Source: Butyrivibrio sp.
Lineage (GTDB): Bacteria; Bacillota; Clostridia; Lachnospirales; Lachnospiraceae
Assembly: GCA_017443695.1 (NCBI GenBank)
Contig: JAFSYF010000153.1
Span: 1,662-65,661 of the forward strand
Length of the DNA: 64,000 nt
Direction: 5' to 3'
Translations under genes and position numbers: made by a program
Shown: positions 58,506 through 64,000 of the stretch, one piece after another
Numbering within the stretch: position 1 is the stretch's first letter
How the letters are laid out: each line of letters starts with the position of its first letter
The notes under the pieces: generated by a model
Seen by the model: only the letters and a program-made list of their open reading frames with translations
The model's database searches: none
Told to the model about the DNA's origin: nothing

Positions 58506-59222
58506 TTAGATGATCCCGAAAATGTGCAGCAGCGTTACTGCCAGGTTGGCAACGCCCATCATCAGGGACAATAACACCAGAGGGCGCAGTGACCGTTCAC
58601 CGGCCTCGGCAGCGGTCTTGGACTCCTCCAGTCCCGCAGCGATCTGCTTCATCTGCTCCAGCAGATATTGCTTCTCCTCCTCTGCCTGATCGGAGAACCT
58701 CGCCGCGATGGCCTCCCCTGTCTCCCTGATGACACTGGAGAGCCCGTCCGTGCTGCGTCGGATGGTGCTCAGCTGATCCTCAACGGCAGTATTGTCGGAC
58801 ATACGCTCCGTCAGTGCCGTGCTCTGCTTCTCCAGCTCCTCAATGACGGATGCCTGTACATTGCGGTATACCCGCACCCCCGTCTCATGAACGGCCTCAT
58901 CCGTCGTGTCGAAGTGCTTATCGATCTTCTCTGTCAGCGCCTTCAACGCCTCCAGTACTTCTTCTGTATGATCGACCTCCGGCCGGTTCCGCACCAGATC
59001 CTCAATATTCTGGATCGCCACCCGGGTCTGCTCCGCGTTCTGACGGAAAGCCGCAGCCTCCTTGCGATACTGTTCCCGCTGCGCCCGCAACCTCTCATTT
59101 TCCGCCGCCTCTGCCGCTGCATTGGCCCGGATCATCTCCTGCGGACTCATCCTGCGTCCTGCGTAGCGGTCCAGAAACCCATCTATTCCCATATCCTGTG
59201 TTGTCCTTTGCTGCATATTCAT
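58506..59222 (-). CDS. hypothetical coiled-coil protein with C-terminal TM
   Basis: helical E/Q/R-rich sequence, 'VH...V.VYRNVQAS', hydrophobic C-terminus; operon coupling. Confidence 0.7.
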   Translation of the reverse strand: MNMQQRTTQDMGIDGFLDRYAGRRMSPQEMIRANAAAEAAENERLRAQREQYRKEAAAFRQNAEQTRVAIQNIEDLVRNRPEVDHTEEVLEALKALTEKIDKHFDTTDEAVHETGVRVYRNVQASVIEELEKQSTALTERMSDNTAVEDQLSTIRRSTDGLSSVIRETGEAIAARFSDQAEEEKQYLLEQMKQIAAGLEESKTAAEAGERSLRPLVLLSLMMGVANLAVTLLHIFGII

Positions 59223-59866
59223 GCCCCCCGTTCCTCCAGTCCTGAGAATTCCAGAATCTCATCGTTCAACGACAGCATCTTGGCATCCAGCTCCGCCACC
59301 ATCCGCGCGCACTCAAAGAGCTCCGCGTTGATATGTGCGGGCGCCTGACCCTCGAACTTGTACTGGATCTTGTGCTCCAGGCTGGCCCAGAAATCCATGG
59401 CCACCGTCCGGATCTGCACCTCGACCTTGACCTCATCCAGCCCGTCGGAGAAATAGACCGGGATCTGAACGATCATGTGGTAGCTCCGGTAGCCGCTCTT
59501 CTTCGGATTCATCATGTAATCCTTGACCGTCAGCACCTGGATGTCCTGCTGACTGGCCAGCATATCCGCGATCCGGTAGATATCCGAGGTAAAAGAGCAT
59601 ATGATCCGGATCCCGGCGATGTCGTTCACATAGTTCACCATGTTCTCCAGTGTGGACTCATAGCCGTCCCGCCGGAGTTTCTTCACGATGGACTCCGGGG
59701 TCTTGATCCGGGATTTGACATGCTCGATCGGATTATAGCGGTGGATCTCCTTGAACTCATCGTTCAGGATCTCGATTTTCGTATTCATCTGCTTCAGCGC
59801 CGAGTTGTAGCGCAGCTGCACTTCTTCCCAGCTTCTGATATCGCCGTCTGAGAGCTTCAGATTCAT
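59219..59866 (-). CDS. small alarmone ((p)ppGpp) synthetase, RelP/RelQ family
   Basis: 'SRIKTPESI', 'DIAGIRI', 'KKSGYRSYH', 'EVQIRT.AMDFWASLEH'. Confidence 0.92.
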   Translation of the reverse strand: MNLKLSDGDIRSWEEVQLRYNSALKQMNTKIEILNDEFKEIHRYNPIEHVKSRIKTPESIVKKLRRDGYESTLENMVNYVNDIAGIRIICSFTSDIYRIADMLASQQDIQVLTVKDYMMNPKKSGYRSYHMIVQIPVYFSDGLDEVKVEVQIRTVAMDFWASLEHKIQYKFEGQAPAHINAELFECARMVAELDAKMLSLNDEILEFSGLEERGA

Positions 59867-59878
59867 ATATGGTATCCT

Positions 59879-61705
59879 CTATTCTACAGTCACGCTCTTG
59901 GCAAGGTTGCGCGGTTTGTCCACGTCGCAGCCGCGACCCACGGCGATATAGTAGGCCAGAAGCTGCAGCGGAATCACCGCCAGTGAATCCGTGAAATACG
60001 GATTCGTCTCCGGAATGTAGATATGAAAATCCGATGCCTCCTCAATCCGTGTATTGCCTGCCATGGTGACGGCAAAGAGAACGGCACCGCGGGAGCGCAC
60101 CTGCTCCATATTGTTCACAATCTTGTCATACAGCGACTCCTGGGTCGCCACGGCAGCCACCATCGTGCCGGGTTCGATCAGGGAGATGGTCCCATGCTTG
60201 AGCTCACCGGCAGCGTAGGCCTCCGAGTGGATATAGGAGATCTCCTTCAGCTTCAGGGAGCCCTCCAGCGAGATCGCGTAATCGATGCCGCGCCCGATGA
60301 AGAATACATCCCGCGCCGCCAGGAAACGGTTGGCGATCCGCTGAATCTCCTCCCGGTTGTTCAGCACCATCTCGATCTGCGCCGGAAGCTTGCGCAGATC
60401 CTCCAGCATCTCCTTCCGGCAGCTGTCCGACAGATGCCCACGCACCTCCGCCAGCTTCATCGCCAGCAGATACAGCACGATGAGCTGCGTACTGTATGCC
60501 TTGGTGGTCGCCACAGCGATCTCCGGACCGGCATGGGTATAGACGCAGTAGTCCGCCTCGCGGGCGATGGAACTGCCCACCACATTGACGATGGCAAGAA
60601 CCCTGGCGCCACGCGCATGCGCTTCCCGCATGGCCTCCAGGGTATCCAGTGTCTCGCCGGACTGACTGATGACCACCACCAGCGTGTCATGATCGAGGAT
60701 CGGATCCCGGTAACGGAACTCCGAAGCCAGATCCACCTCCACCGGAATCCTGGCCAGGCCCTCAATGACATATTTGGCGGTCATACCCGTGTGATAGGCA
60801 CTGCCGCAGGCCGTGATATGGATCTTGCGGAATGCCGCCAGCTCCTCGTCCGAGACAGACAGCTCCTCCATGACGATACGGCCGTCCCGTACATGGGGAG
60901 AGAAGGTATCGCGCACCGCAGCGGGCTGCTCGATCATCTCCTTCAGCATGAAATGCTCATAACCGCCCTTCTCCGCCGCATTGGCATCCCAGTCTACCGT
61001 CACGGCGTCCTTGGCGATCTCTTCCTCATCCATATTATAGAAAGTAACCGCATCCTGGGTCAGCCGGCAGATCTCATGATCCTCCAGATAGTAGACCTTC
61101 CGCGTATACTTTAACAGCGCCGTCACATCTGAGGCCATAAAGCTCCCGTCGTCATCACGGCCCACGATGAGCGGGCAGGATTTGCGCGCGGCATACACCA
61201 CATCCGGATGCGCGGCAAAGATGATCCCCAGCGCATAGGAGCCCTCCACGCGGTGCATCACCTTGATGATGGCCTGCAGCGGATCTCCGTCGTCATAATA
61301 ATCCAGCATCTGCGCCAGAACCTCTGTATCCGTGTCGGAAGTGAAGGAGTAGCCGCGTTTGATCAGTTTGTCCTTCAGGGCCTGGTAATTCTCAATGATG
61401 CCGTTGTGGACAACAGCGATGGTGCCCGCCTGATTTGTCTGCGGATGGGCGTTGATGTCATTGGGGACACCATGGGTGGCCCAGCGCGTGTGACCGATGC
61501 CCACATTTCCCGGAAGTCCCGCGCCGCCCCGGGTCTTGTTATACAGCACATTCAGCCGCCCGACGCTCTTCTCCACCACGAGAGCGCCGTCGTGGGCGAT
61601 GGCCATTCCCGTCGAATCATAGCCGCGGTACTCCAACCGCTCCAGCCCGTCCAGAATCACAGGCGCCGCCTGCTTCTTTCCGATATATCCAACAATTCCG
61701 CACAT
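59879..61705 (-). CDS. glmS: glutamine--fructose-6-phosphate transaminase
   Basis: 'MCGIVG', 'LEYRGYDS', 'GHTRWATHG', 'SQSGET', 'PRNLAKSVTVE'. Confidence 0.98.
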   Translation of the reverse strand: MCGIVGYIGKKQAAPVILDGLERLEYRGYDSTGMAIAHDGALVVEKSVGRLNVLYNKTRGGAGLPGNVGIGHTRWATHGVPNDINAHPQTNQAGTIAVVHNGIIENYQALKDKLIKRGYSFTSDTDTEVLAQMLDYYDDGDPLQAIIKVMHRVEGSYALGIIFAAHPDVVYAARKSCPLIVGRDDDGSFMASDVTALLKYTRKVYYLEDHEICRLTQDAVTFYNMDEEEIAKDAVTVDWDANAAEKGGYEHFMLKEMIEQPAAVRDTFSPHVRDGRIVMEELSVSDEELAAFRKIHITACGSAYHTGMTAKYVIEGLARIPVEVDLASEFRYRDPILDHDTLVVVISQSGETLDTLEAMREAHARGARVLAIVNVVGSSIAREADYCVYTHAGPEIAVATTKAYSTQLIVLYLLAMKLAEVRGHLSDSCRKEMLEDLRKLPAQIEMVLNNREEIQRIANRFLAARDVFFIGRGIDYAISLEGSLKLKEISYIHSEAYAAGELKHGTISLIEPGTMVAAVATQESLYDKIVNNMEQVRSRGAVLFAVTMAGNTRIEEASDFHIYIPETNPYFTDSLAVIPLQLLAYYIAVGRGCDVDKPRNLAKSVTVE

Positions 61706-61723
61706 ATCTTTTTTCTCCTGTTA

Positions 61724-61754
61724 TAACTGTTCAGAACCAGTTCTGAACAGTTAC
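61724..61754. repeat. perfect 13-bp hairpin of the GTAACTRTTCAG dispersed palindrome family
   Basis: TAACTGTTCAGAA-CCAG-TTCTGAACAGTTA; same core at 304-317, 17138-17149 and 42809-42820. Confidence 0.75.
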
Positions 61755-62713
61755 CAACGCTTGTTCCAGTACTCCCGGTTCATGGTGCAGATCCGTATCA
61801 CACCGCGGGGCAGGTGCCGGTATCCGCGGCCCAGCCGGTACCCAATGAATCTGGCACCGCACATAGCCAGAAAATGCGGGATCAGGAGCCCCTTGCCGAT
61901 GTGGAGGAAATGCTGCAGCGTCTCCCTCAGCATCTTCCTGCCCTCACTCTCCGAACTGATGCCCGTAAAGATCTCCGGGTGATCCGTCTGGGATACCCCA
62001 AGATCAAAATTCCGGGTGAACTGCTGCCGGAAGGTATAGTTGTGCGAGTGGATCACCCCCGCCTCCGGCACGTACCAGACCGCATATCCCTGCTGTACTG
62101 CTCTGCCTGCATAGACCATGTCCTCGTTGAAGATCGAGGGCTCCGGAAATCCGCCCAATGCGTCAAAAACAGACCGTCGATACATGGCGCACACATTGGA
62201 GCAGAAATAGGTCTTGATCCCCAGCTCGGGCAGGTCGTCCTTCGTCTTACGCCTGGCCTCTCCCGGGTAGTTGAACTTGCGCAGGTACCGCTCCTCCAGA
62301 CCGCAGTCCGAACGGGGATACTGTCTGGCATAAGCGGCAACGGCCTGCGGATCCCCGGACAGCGCCTGCAGCAGACAGGCAATCACCCGCACATCCCGCG
62401 GCATGGCGTCCTGCGTGATCATCAGGAAGTATTCCGTATCCGTCAGCGATACACCCAGATTTCTCGTTCCGCCGTGATCAAAATCCCGCTTGGTCACATG
62501 GCGCAGGGTCAGATTGTCATACCGCCCAAGGATGCCGTCCGAATCCATCCGCGTCAGCTGCTCCCAGAAGGATGCTTCCGTGTTGACAATCACGATCTTC
62601 TCCGGCTGAACCGACTGGCGCTCCAGCATCTCGATGAGCGTCAGCACCTCCGGTCCCGGCCGGTAGGTCGGCAACACAACGGAAACGGACCGGTCTCTCC
62701 TTTCGTCCGTCAT
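61751..62713 (-). CDS. GT2 glycosyltransferase (rhamnosyltransferase-like)
   Basis: 'VLPTYRP', 'FDHGGTRN', 'TQDAMP', 'YARQ.P', 'FNEDM', 'HSHNY'. Confidence 0.88.
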   Translation of the reverse strand: MTDERRDRSVSVVLPTYRPGPEVLTLIEMLERQSVQPEKIVIVNTEASFWEQLTRMDSDGILGRYDNLTLRHVTKRDFDHGGTRNLGVSLTDTEYFLMITQDAMPRDVRVIACLLQALSGDPQAVAAYARQYPRSDCGLEERYLRKFNYPGEARRKTKDDLPELGIKTYFCSNVCAMYRRSVFDALGGFPEPSIFNEDMVYAGRAVQQGYAVWYVPEAGVIHSHNYTFRQQFTRNFDLGVSQTDHPEIFTGISSESEGRKMLRETLQHFLHIGKGLLIPHFLAMCGARFIGYRLGRGYRHLPRGVIRICTMNREYWNKRW

Positions 62714-62716
62714 CCC

Positions 62717-64000
62717 TCAGTCCACATAACCGGCACTGTCCGCAGCGATCTTGTCGCTGTAGCGCCGGACATTATCCGTGACCTCATACCCATCATCCCC
62801 AAACAGGAAACCGTGCAGCCATTTCACGTTGGCTGACAGATCCATCGGTACCACACAGGCCCCCTTATCCGGGATCTTGCCGGTTCCGCGCAGCTCCTCA
62901 CAAGGGAAACCGTCACTGCCCACCACCTTGTACTGCGGCACATCCCCCAGCAGTTTGACGATCTCAGACAGCTCCAGAGAAGTATAAGTCTCGGAGAAGA
63001 CCCGTCCGGCGATGTTCTCCAGCTGGGAAGGTGAGGCGGTTTTGGCCTTGTTCAGGCATGCCTCCAGCACCGTGCGCTGTCTGGCAGCCCTGCGGAAATC
63101 ATCTCCGCCGCCATACCGGATCCGACAGTATGCCGTGGCCTGCAGGCCGTTCAGGGTCTGGGTTCCCGCGGTGGTCACAGGGATATAGTCCACACCCGGC
63201 GTGGCACTGAAGCTGTCCTCGCCGGCCGCGTTGGTTCCGTTCTTTTTTCCCACCATACTGATCTGGTAGTTGTTCAGGTTGTCGATCTCCCCTTCCTCCA
63301 CAGTCACCGTGACGCCGCCCAGCTCATTGATGACATCGGTCAGACCGCTGAAGCCGATCGTGATAAAGTCCCGGATATCCATGTCCATGTTCATGTTGAG
63401 CATGGAGATGGCCTGCTCCGGTCCCCCTTTGGCGTAGGCACTGTTGCACTTATTGTACTTGTCATTGCTGAGGTTTAAATAAGTATCCCGGTAGACCGAT
63501 ACCAGATGGATCTCCTTCGTTGCATTATTAATAGAAGCAATGATGATGGTGTCCGAACGGGTCCCCTTGTCCAGGGCACCATTCCGGGCGTCTACACCGA
63601 AGAGGGCGATGTTGGTATAGCCCACCATCTCTTCGTTCTCCGCCACTGCGACATCAATGCTCTCGGTGATTTTCTCCTCACTGAGGTTGACCTTGCCCAC
63701 CTTGTCCACGTTCATGCGTCCGAACAATGTCCAGACGATAAACAGCAGCACCAGCAGGACGATGATCTCTATGACAAAAATGATGATGGCCCGGCGCCTT
63801 TTCCGCTGTCTGTCGGCAGAAGCTGTGGCGGAAGGGGCGCGCCGTCCCCGCCGGGTCGCGCTCCTGCGCGGTCTCTCCCGGTATTCCTCCTCATAATCCT
63901 CTATCTCCGGTTCGTACTCTTCGTATTCTTCATATTCCCCGTATTCCTCCTCCTCGTAGGCTTCGTCCCCCTCGTAAGCCTCCTCGGTATCCGCAGGTTC
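62717..64000 (-). CDS. LCP (LytR-CpsA-Psr) family phosphotransferase, 5'-partial, with acidic E/Y-rich cytoplasmic N-terminus
   Basis: 'NIALFGVDAR', 'RSDTIII', 'SVYRDTY', 'LNGLQATAYCRIRY', 'DF.RA.RQR'; frame stays open to the window edge. Confidence 0.93.
   Translation of the reverse strand, partial: EPADTEEAYEGDEAYEEEEYGEYEEYEEYEPEIEDYEEEYRERPRRSATRRGRRAPSATASADRQRKRRRAIIIFVIEIIVLLVLLFIVWTLFGRMNVDKVGKVNLSEEKITESIDVAVAENEEMVGYTNIALFGVDARNGALDKGTRSDTIIIASINNATKEIHLVSVYRDTYLNLSNDKYNKCNSAYAKGGPEQAISMLNMNMDMDIRDFITIGFSGLTDVINELGGVTVTVEEGEIDNLNNYQISMVGKKNGTNAAGEDSFSATPGVDYIPVTTAGTQTLNGLQATAYCRIRYGGGDDFRRAARQRTVLEACLNKAKTASPSQLENIAGRVFSETYTSLELSEIVKLLGDVPQYKVVGSDGFPCEELRGTGKIPDKGACVVPMDLSANVKWLHGFLFGDDGYEVTDNVRRYSDKIAADSAGYVD

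Overview
GC-rich (roughly 60%) chromosomal window from a Firmicute, most likely Lachnospiraceae/Clostridia, judged from gene families, gene order and SD/sigmaA promoter style. From left to right it holds: a probable S-layer-like surface protein gene; htrA; an unannotated type I toxin-antitoxin locus; an MBOAT/DUF2791-ATPase/GtrII/CvpA/galM-recR-ybaB-dnaX-pfkA run; tRNA-Ser(CGA)-trpEG-uvrB (uvrB frameshifted); a ~28 kb cell-envelope glycopolymer synthesis and tailoring cluster (many polytopic GT-C-like proteins, four sulfotransferase-like P-loop paralogs, ugd/GT2/GtrA, a CDP-alditol pathway, MBOAT/SGNH acylation); and housekeeping genes (ispD, tsaD, rnz, tsaB-rimI fusion, tsaE, murA, M23 peptidase, small alarmone synthetase, glmS, GT2, partial LCP). 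I saw no integrase, transposase, reverse transcriptase or CRISPR array. The most striking unexplained signal is the transcript architecture of the surface-protein gene. A consensus promoter and +1 hairpin are followed by a ~44-bp 5'UTR-3'UTR duplex that encloses the entire 2.5-kb CDS, and its mismatches are all G-U wobbles on the sense strand, suggesting a closed-loop or processed mRNA. Product calls come from motif recognition by eye; no searches were run.
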